From a virus (Duplodnaviria > Caudoviricetes): a stretch of DNA of 60,075 nucleotides. A program made the translations under genes and the position numbers. The DNA is taken from IMG/VR virus record IMGVR_UViG_3300046747_000237, positions 1-60,075 of that record. The stretch is one strand, 5' to 3'. This document shows, piece after piece, positions 20,001-28,341 of the stretch (the stretch's first letter is position 1; every line of letters starts with the position of its first letter). The notes below the pieces were generated by a model. That model did no database searches, had not been told where the DNA came from, and worked only from the letters and a program-made list of their open reading frames with translations.

Positions 20001-20068
20001 GTGGCAAGTTCCGCAATGCCGACGACGTCTACGCCCCGCACGCAGATGCCATAATGTCGCGCCGCTGA
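17015..20068 (+). CDS. Large internal virion / ejection protein
   Basis: 1017 aa, A/G-rich; 'ALSRGLTLGGS' and 'AAANPVTALGGEIGG' typical of podovirus ejection proteins; repeated DLSD(D/E)EL at the N-terminus. Confidence 0.6.
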   Translation: MGGRRPLTDLSDDELSSLLDPPRARSVADLSDEELEAQLAGPSTPVQSGGAGARLLEQLSGNEEERAAREASLQAEHGGALSQAMAGSEALSRGLTLGGSSVASAALTGALTPDGPQLTPEARERMKDPAVAARMAAMGVRPQDVPADRGGFSIGYDAARQQEDDRAAANPVTALGGEIGGALLPALVTGGASAAAEGSSLLARGGQAALRYSPAGLAERAAGNVATRLAGPGAGLVGRVGGNVLGHAGVGGLETLAYEASQLREADIANPEEAAEHLLYAWGTGALLSGVAGGVFGGSPGATRRAGQQTDELGTTLAQQGAGDELVQQAGRRADSHIGALDQLSQQAKQVPANDVATRNAIDHEGGLLLDEATQEIERRPLSAAQIPEPPRAKWRAVAERAQAAGGKFKEAVDTGTRAARQDFDNVLRGMDQIDEYGGIAAKQRANQFNVGHAVDSTPVDNLLADMHGEIAGFMQGRSRTALASGGGLNALEGVKKVINESGALIRGALGRGDVGEAYNLLDQGVKGFLGKARGSARAEPVKDLIERMYPKIQGFLEDESSWGELAQRQKLANPSWSNRIGVSMDGRIQGLTTIAGERKANLFDNIKLANSSGLESLFNRLGDAGTEDVEQAFRTHLRAMARDATDRTRAWGTDKLRDEATRVVGSVKRIEDTMDRIALLRRDKLAHEASLQGSTIQMVGQLASSLGASGIGAGISAAVGAKRKLVEMLGAAQSPGERAAIQASIPPPLPLEQTVGQVTRTTGSRIAQAGASMLQTVGRGAQSASAAAPFVQGAMLSDERHEQVMRDAVALNNPDSPEARQLYEQAAAIEKESPKLADAFAMSKLRMADYIASKMPKQDSQALYAPAPQLDPVTNRKLKRTVAAAVDPVGAIERMAAMRASPEDVETVRTLFPSMHKAYQLNAQRALKAAKVKPNYETRVAASQSIGVPADPSMEIDNLRMQQMVANAPDQAKLEENKAKQKNMAEAAKMGPGAGGKFRNADDVYAPHADAIMSRR

Positions 20069-20070
20069 GC

Positions 20071-20100
20071 AGGCCACGTTGATCTGACGGTCTGCAGACT
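20071..20100 (+). promoter_or_regulatory. Putative late promoter, leaderless
   Basis: AGGCCA-N18-CAGACT, 30 nt before ATG20107. Confidence 0.7.
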
Positions 20101-20106
20101 CCCTGC

Positions 20107-20463
20107 ATGGCGTCACCTCTCGAGCTGTCGGGCAACCCGCAGATCCTCACGCTCCCGGCAACCCTCACGGTGCAGTCGGCATCCAACGCGGTCCGCAACC
20201 GGCACCTATCGATTGAGGCGTCGTGGACGGGTACGCCTACGGGCGTCTTCTCGCTCGTGTGCTCGTTCGACGGCGGGACGACGTTTCGGACTGTTCCAGG
20301 CGCGTCCGCCGAGTTCACCGCGAACGGCAACGCGCAGCCCGCTGGCGGCGCGAGTGCGGCGGTCTGGAACTTCCTCAACGTGCCGGGTGGTCTGTGGGCG
20401 ATCCTTTACACCGCCACGAGCGGCACCGGATCGGCACGCCTGAACTGGGCGTGGACGGACTGA
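20107..20463 (+). CDS. Putative virion protein (118 aa, beta-sandwich)
   Basis: Contains Asp-box-like 'SFDGGTTF'. Confidence 0.6.
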   Translation: MASPLELSGNPQILTLPATLTVQSASNAVRNRHLSIEASWTGTPTGVFSLVCSFDGGTTFRTVPGASAEFTANGNAQPAGGASAAVWNFLNVPGGLWAILYTATSGTGSARLNWAWTD

Positions 20464-20464
20464 G

Positions 20465-21463
20465 ATGCTGGACAGCTATCACTCGCGCAAGCTGCTGGAT
20501 CCGCCGCGCTGGATGCTCGACGCGTACCGGCTAGGCCCGACCGCGGAGCGCACTGCCTGGTCCAAAATCATGGACGAGGCGCCGCTCTTTCGCCACAGCG
20601 ACGCCGTTCTTCGCGTGGTCGAAAGCGTGGTGCGCAGGTGCACGACTGAGCTCGGCACGAGGCTTGGAACGGACCTCGCCAAGCTTCTCGGCGTCGCGCC
20701 CGCGTTCGCGAGCATGTTCCAGCAGAACATCGGCGGCGTGCCTGGCAAGAGCGACGTCTGGCTCGACGCCAGCAACTACGTGCTCGACGGCGGCACGGGT
20801 AAGCTTCGATCGCTCGTCGACTACATCGACGCCACGCACATCGTGACGCAGGCAAGTGCAGGGCTTCAGCCCGCTGCCCCGGCAACAACCGCAGCAGTCG
20901 CAAACGCCATGACGACGCTGTTCGCCAGCAGCCAGCTGGTCAGCAACCGCGCCGCCTCTCTGTGGTCGTTCATTCACGACGGCACAGGCTTCGACAACAT
21001 CTGCGTGGTCGTCCCAACCGTTCTGAGCACCGGCCACATCTGGGCCACGGCGTCAGCTGCGGGCATCCTCGGAGGGACCGCCGTTGGCGCTGCGCTGCTG
21101 CCAGCCTCGGACACGTCCACTTACTTGCGGGCGTCCAACGGTCCGACCGCGATCATCAATAACAACGGCGCAACCCTTCTGGCCGTTGGCACGGGCTCTT
21201 ACATCGAGACGTCGTACTCGGAGACGAGCTCGCCCGAGTGGACGATCTGGAAGAAGGGCACGCTTGTAAACTCGGGCTCTTCTGCCGCCGCTCCGTCTGC
21301 GTCCGCGCCTACCACCACGCTTTATGTCGGCACGGACGGCATCGGAGCTTTCCCCGGCGACTTCCGGCTGCGCAGCAGCTACTGGTGGCGTCACGTACTG
21401 TCGGCGGCCGAGAAGACCGTCGCGCGCGCGTTCGTGCAGGCTGATACGGGCGTTGTCCCGTGA
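20465..21463 (+). CDS. Putative receptor-binding protein, LamG/concanavalin-like domain
   Basis: VWLDAS...WSFIHDG...RHVLSAAE module shared with four other domains in this genome. Confidence 0.55.
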   Translation: MLDSYHSRKLLDPPRWMLDAYRLGPTAERTAWSKIMDEAPLFRHSDAVLRVVESVVRRCTTELGTRLGTDLAKLLGVAPAFASMFQQNIGGVPGKSDVWLDASNYVLDGGTGKLRSLVDYIDATHIVTQASAGLQPAAPATTAAVANAMTTLFASSQLVSNRAASLWSFIHDGTGFDNICVVVPTVLSTGHIWATASAAGILGGTAVGAALLPASDTSTYLRASNGPTAIINNNGATLLAVGTGSYIETSYSETSSPEWTIWKKGTLVNSGSSAAAPSASAPTTTLYVGTDGIGAFPGDFRLRSSYWWRHVLSAAEKTVARAFVQADTGVVP

Positions 21464-22275
21464 CCATCCTCGGCACGCAGCTTGGAACAGACCTCGCCGA
21501 CCAGGCCGAGCTTGCCAGCCTCGAGCTCTACCTCGCCCAGAACCTTTGGTCATGGAAGCGCTCGGACGCGTGCGCGGTTGCGGACGGCAAGGTCACAGCG
21601 TTCTACGACAAGGTGCTTCTGGCCAGCGAGGGCGCGCTCTACACCAACGCGCGCTCGGTGCACGCGGGCCATGCATGGGCGCAGAGCAACGGCCCAGACC
21701 AAGTGCTTGCGCCGGTGTCATCGCCCATCTTCAACAGCAAAGAGGCGATCGAGTACGACGGTCTGACACAGCTCTACGTCTCCACGCTGCCCGCGTCCGC
21801 GTGGTCGTTTACGGCAGACAACCTCGACATGTTCCTTGTGAGCTCGCCCGGCAGCACAAGCTCGGGCGTGTTGGTGGAGACGTTCGCGCGCCCCGGCGTT
21901 ACCAACGGGTCGTCCATCTATCGCACAGGCTCATCCGTGCAGACTGCAGTCTGCCGCGCAACGGGCGGCATCGCTGCTCCCGCGTCGGCCATCCCTGGCG
22001 CACTGCTCGACGTTGCGGACGTCATCGAGCTCCGCGTGGACTCGGGCAACACGCCGAACATCCAGCTCACCTACAAGGGCACGACCACGACGGCGGCGCT
22101 GGCCGGCGCGTACGGCACCGCCACGCAATCGATGGTCGTCGGCAACGCTTCTACCGGCGTCATCCCTGAGAGAGGGCGCGAGGCGGACCTGCTCATCGCG
22201 AACCGACAGGACGCCACGCTGCGCACGAAGATCAAGCGGTACATCCTGCTGCGCTACGGAATCGAGGTCGCATGA
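21460..22275 (+). CDS. Putative receptor-binding protein, LamG/concanavalin-like domain
   Basis: Same module, ending LLIANR...YILLRYGI. Confidence 0.55.
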   Translation: MTILGTQLGTDLADQAELASLELYLAQNLWSWKRSDACAVADGKVTAFYDKVLLASEGALYTNARSVHAGHAWAQSNGPDQVLAPVSSPIFNSKEAIEYDGLTQLYVSTLPASAWSFTADNLDMFLVSSPGSTSSGVLVETFARPGVTNGSSIYRTGSSVQTAVCRATGGIAAPASAIPGALLDVADVIELRVDSGNTPNIQLTYKGTTTTAALAGAYGTATQSMVVGNASTGVIPERGREADLLIANRQDATLRTKIKRYILLRYGIEVA

Positions 22276-23198
22276 CGAACTGGCTCACGGGGTCGGTCGC
22301 TCAGGTCGCGACCTACAAGACGACGCTCGAGACGCTGTACGCCACGCCCATCCGAGGCGTCGCGCGCGGCGTCGCTGACCGCACCCCCGCCACCTACACG
22401 ACTGGGGCGCCGGGATGGACGACGAGCGTCTTGCGTGCCCCCTACGTCGCCGGGGCGCTCTCGTGCCTCGCTGTGCCGGCGTCTGGCATGCAGTTCCTTG
22501 GCACCAGCGGGTTGCCGGCAAGCGCAACAGCCACGAAGAACCTCGACAGCACGCTCAAGGCGGTCATCGGACCTCAGAACGTCGTCTTCGACGGCAACAG
22601 CCTGGTGTCTGGGGAGGCGAGCACGGGCGCGGGCGGCCAGACGCTGCCGCAGAAGATGGCCGCGCGAACGCCCGTGCTCACCTATGGCGGCGTCTGCCCC
22701 AACCTCGGCGGCAGCGGGCAGACGTGGCGGCAGATGAGCGGGCTAGTGGGCGCTTACACGGCGGCCGACGTCGACAACGCCTACACGCCTGGCCGCGAGA
22801 ACATCCTCGTCTGCTGGGAGACGACCAACTCTATCGCCACCGGGCGCACTGTCTCGGAGGCGGTGGCCGACTGCACCGAGTACATCGCCGCGCGCAAGGC
22901 AAAGCGAGCCTGGTCTGCCGTGATCCTGCTGACCGCGTTGCCTCGGTCGATCATCGATCCCTCGCTGCGCTCATGGAACACGTACGCGCTCGCCAACTAT
23001 CTCGCAATGGGCGCTGACTACATCGTCGACGTCAGGCAGTCAGGCTCGCCGTTCAACTTCGCGGGCGAGGTCGACGCCAACTTTGTCGCGGTCCAGCCGC
23101 TCTTCTACGAGACCAGTTCACCCTGGACGCACCTCACCGACGCTGGGTACGTGTACGTCGCCAACTACCTGGCAACGACGCTGGCAGGCCTCCTGTGA
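22272..23198 (+). CDS. SGNH/GDSL-type esterase (putative polysaccharide deacetylase)
   Basis: Blocks VFDGNSL, NLGGSG, WETTN, HLTDAGY. Confidence 0.75.
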   Translation: MTNWLTGSVAQVATYKTTLETLYATPIRGVARGVADRTPATYTTGAPGWTTSVLRAPYVAGALSCLAVPASGMQFLGTSGLPASATATKNLDSTLKAVIGPQNVVFDGNSLVSGEASTGAGGQTLPQKMAARTPVLTYGGVCPNLGGSGQTWRQMSGLVGAYTAADVDNAYTPGRENILVCWETTNSIATGRTVSEAVADCTEYIAARKAKRAWSAVILLTALPRSIIDPSLRSWNTYALANYLAMGADYIVDVRQSGSPFNFAGEVDANFVAVQPLFYETSSPWTHLTDAGYVYVANYLATTLAGLL

Positions 23199-23671
23199 GG
23201 CTCGCTCCCGCCCTGCTGCTCGCGCTTGCCGCCTGCACTGCCGCCCCAGAGCTCCTGCCGCACGAGCGCGCAGCCGGCGCAGCAGCGTTTACCGCGTGGG
23301 CACAGGCGGGCCTCCCCGAGCCCGACAAGGGCCGCTGCGACGTGCGCACCTTCCGCGTGCGCATGGCGAGCGCCGAGCGCTTCGTGCAGGACTGCCGCAC
23401 CGCGCCAGAGGCTGCGTACGCCTGCACCGCGTGGGAGACGACAGACGAGCTGTTCAGGTGGCGGGACGTGCCTGTGGTGGTGATTGCGCCGTGGTGGCAC
23501 AGCGAGCCGGGCATCGTGGTCCATGAAATTTGCCACGCGCTGATTCGTTGTAGCGGCATCGGGCCGTCTGCTCGCGACGCAGGGGACTCGAAGCACACCG
23601 ACCCGCGCGTCTGGAAGGCCGAAGGCGGTGAGACGTCTGTGCAAGCGCGCGCGATGAAGCTGCTCGAGTAG
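23195..23671 (+). CDS. Lipoprotein with HExxH zincin motif
   Basis: Signal with lipobox LAAC; VVHEICHAL. Confidence 0.6.
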   Translation: MRLAPALLLALAACTAAPELLPHERAAGAAAFTAWAQAGLPEPDKGRCDVRTFRVRMASAERFVQDCRTAPEAAYACTAWETTDELFRWRDVPVVVIAPWWHSEPGIVVHEICHALIRCSGIGPSARDAGDSKHTDPRVWKAEGGETSVQARAMKLLE

Positions 23672-23699
23672 GCCACCTGCCGCGTTCCGCCGCGACACT
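23670..23699 (+). promoter_or_regulatory. Putative late promoter (terL)
   Basis: AGGCCA-N18-GACACT. Confidence 0.6.
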
Positions 23700-23732
23700 C
23701 ACACCGGTGCCTGGTCCATCGGTAGAGGCGGC

Positions 23733-25262
23733 GTGGCTGCCCTCAAAGTAACGCCCGAGCAAGCGCGCGCTGAGATTGTACGTCGCGCCTTCGTGGAGCT
23801 CGCGAAGCGGCGCGGCACGCCTGAGTACCTGCCTGCCATCGCGACGGCGATCCGCTCGGAACTGTTCCCTCGGCAGCTGGCTGTGCTCGACGACCCAAGG
23901 CGCCGCATTGCGTGGTGCTGCTCGCGACGTGCCGGCAAGACCGAGGGCGCGGTGCGCATGCTCGCGCTCTCAATCCTGGAGAGCGGAGAGGAGGAGTTCA
24001 CTGTCTTCGGAGCTCGGACGCTCGGCATCGCACGCGACTTGGTGTGGCGGCGCTTGGTGCGCCTCAACGACCGCTACTGCTTGGGCTGGAAGGTTCACGA
24101 AAGTCGCAACGAGATCTCCACCGGTGACGGCGCGGAGTTCCGCCTGTTCGGGGTCGACGACGAAGCGAGTCTCGAGAAGGTGCGCGGCAAGAAGTACCGC
24201 CTCGTCTTCTGTGACGAAAGCTCGACCTATGAGGGCAACCTCAAGAAGCTCATCCAGGAATGCTTCTCGCCCGGCACGATGGACTTTCGGCCCCGTGGCC
24301 GCATCGTCGTTGCAGGCACGCCTGGGTACGTCTGCGAGGGCTTCTGGTTCGACATCGCAGCGCGCCCGATTGAGGAAGGCGGCATCGACACGTACGCGCG
24401 GCACGGCTGGACGCTGCGCGACAACCCGCACATCCCCGACGTACACGAGGCCATCGCCGAGGAGTGCCGCGACAACAAGTGGACCGAGAACGACCCAGCC
24501 AAGCTGCGCGAGCTCGATGGCCGGTGGATCGCCGACGGCGACGCGCTGGTCTACGCGTACAACTCCCAGCGCAACTCCGTCTCCGAGCTCCCCGAGGCGC
24601 CCGAGGGTCTCACGCACGAGGAGTGGATACGCGACCACTGGCAGACCACCCTCGGCGCTGACATCGGGTACACCGACGATTTTTCGCTGGTGGTGCTTGG
24701 CTCGCCGCCGCACTCCAAGCTCATCTACGTGCTCTACGCGTACAAGCAGGCGGGTCTGCTCACCGGCCAGCAAGCTGACTTCATCCAGAAGGCTCGCCAG
24801 CGCTACAAGCCCGCACGCACGGTGATCGACGCAGGCGGGCAAGGGAAGCTGCCGCTTGAAGAGTTCAACGCCCGCTACGGCAGCAGCGCGGGCGGCAACG
24901 CGCGAGCAGCGGAGAAGCACGGCAAGATCGAGGCGATCGGCATGCTCAACAGCGACCTGCGCTACCTCGCTGAGGACGGCAAGGGAATCATCCGCGTGCT
25001 GCAACCGGATGCGGAGTGCCTGTCGAGCGAATGGATGCGCCTGCCGTGGGAGAACGAGCGGCGTGACAAGGAGTCGTCGCGGTTCCCGAAGCACGCCAGC
25101 GATGGGTGTCTGTATGCCTGGAGAGCCCACCGCGCGTACAAGGCCAAGCCTCCACCTAGCACCGAGAAGACCCCCGAGCAGATCGAGCAGGAGCTCGTCG
25201 AAGCCCGCATGAAGCGCGTCCGCGAGCAGCAGGCCAAGGGCCGCGCCTCACGCGCACGTTGA
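23733..25262 (+). CDS. terL: Terminase large subunit
   Basis: Walker A SRRAGKT, Walker B VFCDE, coupling motif AGTP, nuclease GADIG...D and HASD. Confidence 0.92.
   Translation: MAALKVTPEQARAEIVRRAFVELAKRRGTPEYLPAIATAIRSELFPRQLAVLDDPRRRIAWCCSRRAGKTEGAVRMLALSILESGEEEFTVFGARTLGIARDLVWRRLVRLNDRYCLGWKVHESRNEISTGDGAEFRLFGVDDEASLEKVRGKKYRLVFCDESSTYEGNLKKLIQECFSPGTMDFRPRGRIVVAGTPGYVCEGFWFDIAARPIEEGGIDTYARHGWTLRDNPHIPDVHEAIAEECRDNKWTENDPAKLRELDGRWIADGDALVYAYNSQRNSVSELPEAPEGLTHEEWIRDHWQTTLGADIGYTDDFSLVVLGSPPHSKLIYVLYAYKQAGLLTGQQADFIQKARQRYKPARTVIDAGGQGKLPLEEFNARYGSSAGGNARAAEKHGKIEAIGMLNSDLRYLAEDGKGIIRVLQPDAECLSSEWMRLPWENERRDKESSRFPKHASDGCLYAWRAHRAYKAKPPPSTEKTPEQIEQELVEARMKRVREQQAKGRASRAR
25231..25260 (+). 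promoter_or_regulatory. Putative late promoter, leaderless (lysis cassette)
   Basis: AGGCCA-N18-CACGTT, 30 nt before ATG25267. Confidence 0.65.
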
Positions 25263-25266
25263 CGGC

Positions 25267-25533
25267 ATGACGGCCGACCAAATCGCAACCTGGGCCCTTG
25301 CCGCGATCGGTGCTGCGAGCATTGCCGCAGGCATCCTGCGCTCGATCCTGCCCTACCTGCGCGACTGGTCCGACCGCACCGCGACCAACGCCGACAACGC
25401 AGCCGTTGAGGGGCTCAGCCTCGCGCTGAACCTGCTCACGATGCTGATCGAGGTGCTGCACCGCATCGCGGACGCAGCCGCCATCAACCCGCCCGTGTCT
25501 GTGCAGACCGCCGAGAAGGAGAAGAGCCAGTGA
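25267..25533 (+). CDS. Putative holin / membrane protein
   Basis: Hydrophobic segments; upstream of the endolysin. Confidence 0.5.
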   Translation: MTADQIATWALAAIGAASIAAGILRSILPYLRDWSDRTATNADNAAVEGLSLALNLLTMLIEVLHRIADAAAINPPVSVQTAEKEKSQ

Positions 25534-25724
25534 ACATCGGACGCATCTTCGCTGTCGTGCCTGCGCTCATCGACGCCGGCAAGTTCATCGCCGACAAGAT
25601 CCGCGCGCGTCGCAAGGCTCGGCTCACCGCCAATGAGCGCGAGCTGGCGATGCTCGAGGCTCAGGATCGGCTCGACGACATCCTCGACAAGGTGGACACG
25701 AAGCGAGAGAAGAAGCCGCGGTGA
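25530..25724 (+). CDS. Small lysis-cassette protein (64 aa)
   Basis: GTGA overlaps on both sides; amphipathic N-terminus and coiled coil. Confidence 0.55.
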   Translation: MNIGRIFAVVPALIDAGKFIADKIRARRKARLTANERELAMLEAQDRLDDILDKVDTKREKKPR

Positions 25725-26197
25725 CGCAGGGCAGTGGCGGCACGCTCTACAAGAGCGACGACATCGAGCTGCTCTTGCCGACGTGGCGCGAGAAGGTGCG
25801 CGAGCTCATGAACCGCCTCGGCGAGCTGGGGCACCGCCCGATCCTGTTCGACGGGCTGCGCACGATGGACGAGGCCAAGCGCAACGCGGCCAAGGGCGTC
25901 GGCATCGAGAACAGCATCCACTGCTACGGGGCCGCTGCCGATCTGATCTGCTCGAAGCACGGCTGGTCTTGCCAGGGCCAGCACTGCCGGTTCTTCGTGA
26001 ACCTCGGGCGCGAGGCTGACGCGATGGGCATCGTCTGGGGCGGCCACTTCACACGCGTGGATCTGCCGCACTGCCAGGGCATCTCCGTGCACATGCAAAA
26101 GGAGATGCGCGCGCTCGGAGCCGAGCCGATCACCGCAGCTGCTCGTGACAGGCTGGTGCAAGAGCACTTCAAGGCCAACGCTCCCAAGAAGGGGTGA
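25721..26197 (+). CDS. Endolysin, M15 family (L-Ala-D-Glu peptidase-like)
   Basis: GLRT...Q/E, SIHCYGAAAD, WGGHF..VDLPH motifs. Confidence 0.85.
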   Translation: MTQGSGGTLYKSDDIELLLPTWREKVRELMNRLGELGHRPILFDGLRTMDEAKRNAAKGVGIENSIHCYGAAADLICSKHGWSCQGQHCRFFVNLGREADAMGIVWGGHFTRVDLPHCQGISVHMQKEMRALGAEPITAAARDRLVQEHFKANAPKKG

Positions 26198-26201
26198 GTG
26201 T
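26172..26201 (+). promoter_or_regulatory. Putative late promoter, leaderless
   Basis: AGGCCA-N18-GAGTGT, 31 nt before ATG26209. Confidence 0.55.
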
Positions 26202-26208
26202 CGCTCGC

Positions 26209-26676
26209 ATGGCGGCGCCGACTGGACTGCTCAAGTGGCTGAGCGAGGTGAAGGTGGAAGAGCTCGCCGGCACCCTCGGCACCGTTGGCGGCGTGCTCTA
26301 CATCGCCTGGGACCGCTTCAGCAAGCTGCGCTCCAAGAACGTCGTCACCGCCGCCTACGAAGCCAGCAGGCCCAAGAGCCACCCGCCACCGCCCCCTACG
26401 CCACCTGCGCGCGAGCCCACGGGGCAGCACGCTGTCGATGCTGCGGAGCACCAGGCGTTGCAAGCTCGCTACGCCAGCACCGAGGCAACGCTGCTCGAGA
26501 CGCAGATGCGCATCGGGGCGGTGAGCGCCACCCTGAGCCGGCACATCCGCGAGGCGACGCGGGAGGAGGCTGCTTTGTCGGCGAGCCTGATCATGGAGCG
26601 CGCGGAGAACGAGCGGCTGCGCAAGGAGAACACCGAGCTGCGTGCGGAACTGATGCGGCGTCAGGCCGCGCCTTAG
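26209..26676 (+). CDS. Membrane-anchored coiled-coil protein (lysis accessory, putative)
   Basis: One TM-like segment, a Pro linker and a C-terminal coiled coil. Confidence 0.5.
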   Translation: MAAPTGLLKWLSEVKVEELAGTLGTVGGVLYIAWDRFSKLRSKNVVTAAYEASRPKSHPPPPPTPPAREPTGQHAVDAAEHQALQARYASTEATLLETQMRIGAVSATLSRHIREATREEAALSASLIMERAENERLRKENTELRAELMRRQAAP

Positions 26677-26864
26677 CGCTTCTGCTTCGCCAGTGCCGCG
26701 AGCGCGCGCCGCACAACACCCGCCTGCGTCTCCCCGTAGCGCTCGCACAGGGCTGCCAAGGTCTCGCGCAGCGCATCGCCCAGGCGCACCGTCAGGTTGC
26801 TGCCAGCACCCGCTGGAGAGGCGCGCGGACGACCGGCGCCGGGGCGCTTGCCGCCTCGTGGCAT
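26673..26864 (-). CDS. Ribbon-helix-helix (CopG/Arc-like) DNA-binding protein
   Basis: MPRGGKRPGAGRP...LTVRL...LAALCERYGETQAGVVRRAL. Confidence 0.7.
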   Translation of the reverse strand: MPRGGKRPGAGRPRASPAGAGSNLTVRLGDALRETLAALCERYGETQAGVVRRALAALAKQKR

Positions 26865-27007
26865 CAGCCTAGCCACTCCTTCTTGGTCTTGATGATGCGG
26901 CGCAACTCCTTGCGCTCTTCCTTGCTCAGGTCGTAGTCGTCTGCGGTCTGAGTGAAGGGGGCGCCGCCGCAGATGATCTCGTAGGCCAGGGTGTAGAGCT
27001 TGCTCAT
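26864..27007 (-). CDS. Small hypothetical protein (47 aa)
   Basis: AGGAGAG RBS; stop overlaps the RHH ATG. Confidence 0.6.
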   Translation of the reverse strand: MSKLYTLAYEIICGGAPFTQTADDYDLSKEERKELRRIIKTKKEWLG

Positions 27008-27102
27008 CGGGTCTCTCCTCTGCGGCTCCGTGCCGCTCACAAGAAAGACTATGCACCCTGCCGATTGAATGCGCAATGCGTTTTCTTAGATGCTTGCCCG
27101 GT

Positions 27103-27132
27103 AGGCCGCGAAACGCCCCGGCAACGCATGCT
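27103..27132 (+). promoter_or_regulatory. Putative late promoter, leaderless
   Basis: AGGCCG-N18-CATGCT, 29 nt before ATG27138. Confidence 0.55.
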
Positions 27133-27137
27133 GGCTC

Positions 27138-27638
27138 ATGCTGAAGTCTGGCGTCGTCATCGCAGCGTCCACGGTGCTCGCCGGCCTCATCACCTGCCAC
27201 ACCGCCGACCCGCCGCCAGCCACCATCACCCGCAAGCCTCGCCCGACGCCCGCGGTGACGCTGGTGCTCGCGAGCGCGGACATGTCGCCGCACTGCCGCA
27301 TGGTGACGGCGCACGCGGTGCGGCACCTGGTCGAGCTTGGGGCGAAGATCGAGATGATCACGGTCGACGAGACGCATCCGTCATTCGGACTCGAACCGCA
27401 CGTCGGCCAGGTCGTGGTGCGCGCGGGGCTGCCACTCGGCGGGCTCTCTGAGTCTTTTGCGTGGAGGTCGCCAGCTGGCACCGTGCTGCGCGCTGAGATC
27501 GTGCTGGGCTACTGCTCGACGGCGCTCGTAGCTCACGACCTTTCACACGTCCTCGGCATGGAGATGTCGGTCAACTACGAACTGCTGCTGCACGCCGAGG
27601 GGCAGGACTGGGGGCTTGAGCCGATGGGGCGCCCGTGA
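27138..27638 (+). CDS. Exported zincin-like protein with degenerate motif
   Basis: Signal peptide; LVAHDLSHVLG instead of HExxH. Confidence 0.5.
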   Translation: MLKSGVVIAASTVLAGLITCHTADPPPATITRKPRPTPAVTLVLASADMSPHCRMVTAHAVRHLVELGAKIEMITVDETHPSFGLEPHVGQVVVRAGLPLGGLSESFAWRSPAGTVLRAEIVLGYCSTALVAHDLSHVLGMEMSVNYELLLHAEGQDWGLEPMGRP

Positions 27639-27964
27639 CCGACTACCCGAATCGCTGCAACGCCATCACCTCAATGGGCAGCAAGTGCTTCGTGCGCGTG
27701 AAAGAGCCCGGCCCATGCGCTGTCCACCGCCATCACGACGAGCGGGCACCGCAAGCCTTCAAGGCCGTGCGGCGCTGCGAGTACGTCGAGGCGAAGACGC
27801 GTGCGCGGTGCTTCGTGGCAGTCGGCGCCTACCAAGTGCTGTGTGACCAGCACGTGGCAGTGAGCGGCGTGCATGGGCTGCAGCGTGAGGCCAGGGCGCT
27901 CAGGAGGGCGCTCGACCAGCTGGACGAGGCGATCGCCCAGCTGGCGAGCCAGACGCCGCGTTAG
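27635..27964 (+). CDS. Cys/His-rich hypothetical protein
   Basis: Two RC...C...C..H units. Confidence 0.55.
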   Translation: MTDYPNRCNAITSMGSKCFVRVKEPGPCAVHRHHDERAPQAFKAVRRCEYVEAKTRARCFVAVGAYQVLCDQHVAVSGVHGLQREARALRRALDQLDEAIAQLASQTPR

Positions 27965-28341
27965 GCGTGCGCCCCGTTGCCGTTGGCGCGTGACGGCGTG
28001 GCGACCTCCAACATCTCCCGCGAGTAGCCCTGTGCGATGGCCGAAGTGAACCAGCCCGGCGTCGGACCCTTGCCCGACCAGGTCACGCTGGAGTCATCGG
28101 GGTTCACGTACTTGGCCGGCGCCACTCCACGCTGCGCGACTGGCTTGCGGGCAGCGCGTGGCGCATCGAGTAGCGACTGCTGGATGAACGTCGCGAACGA
28201 CACGCCGTCATCGTCGGCGAGCTCCTCGATCTCCTTTCGCAATGCGCTGATGCGCTCGGCCCTATGCTCGACCAATGCGTCTGCGAGCTGCTGCTGCATT
28301 GCGCGGATCTCGGCGGCTGATTTCCCCTTAGTGTCGATCAT
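27961..28341 (-). CDS. hns: H-NS family nucleoid-associated protein
   Basis: N-terminal coiled coil; APAKYVNPDD..VTWSGKGPTPGWF; AAGGAG RBS. Confidence 0.85.
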   Translation of the reverse strand: MIDTKGKSAAEIRAMQQQLADALVEHRAERISALRKEIEELADDDGVSFATFIQQSLLDAPRAARKPVAQRGVAPAKYVNPDDSSVTWSGKGPTPGWFTSAIAQGYSREMLEVATPSRANGNGAHA

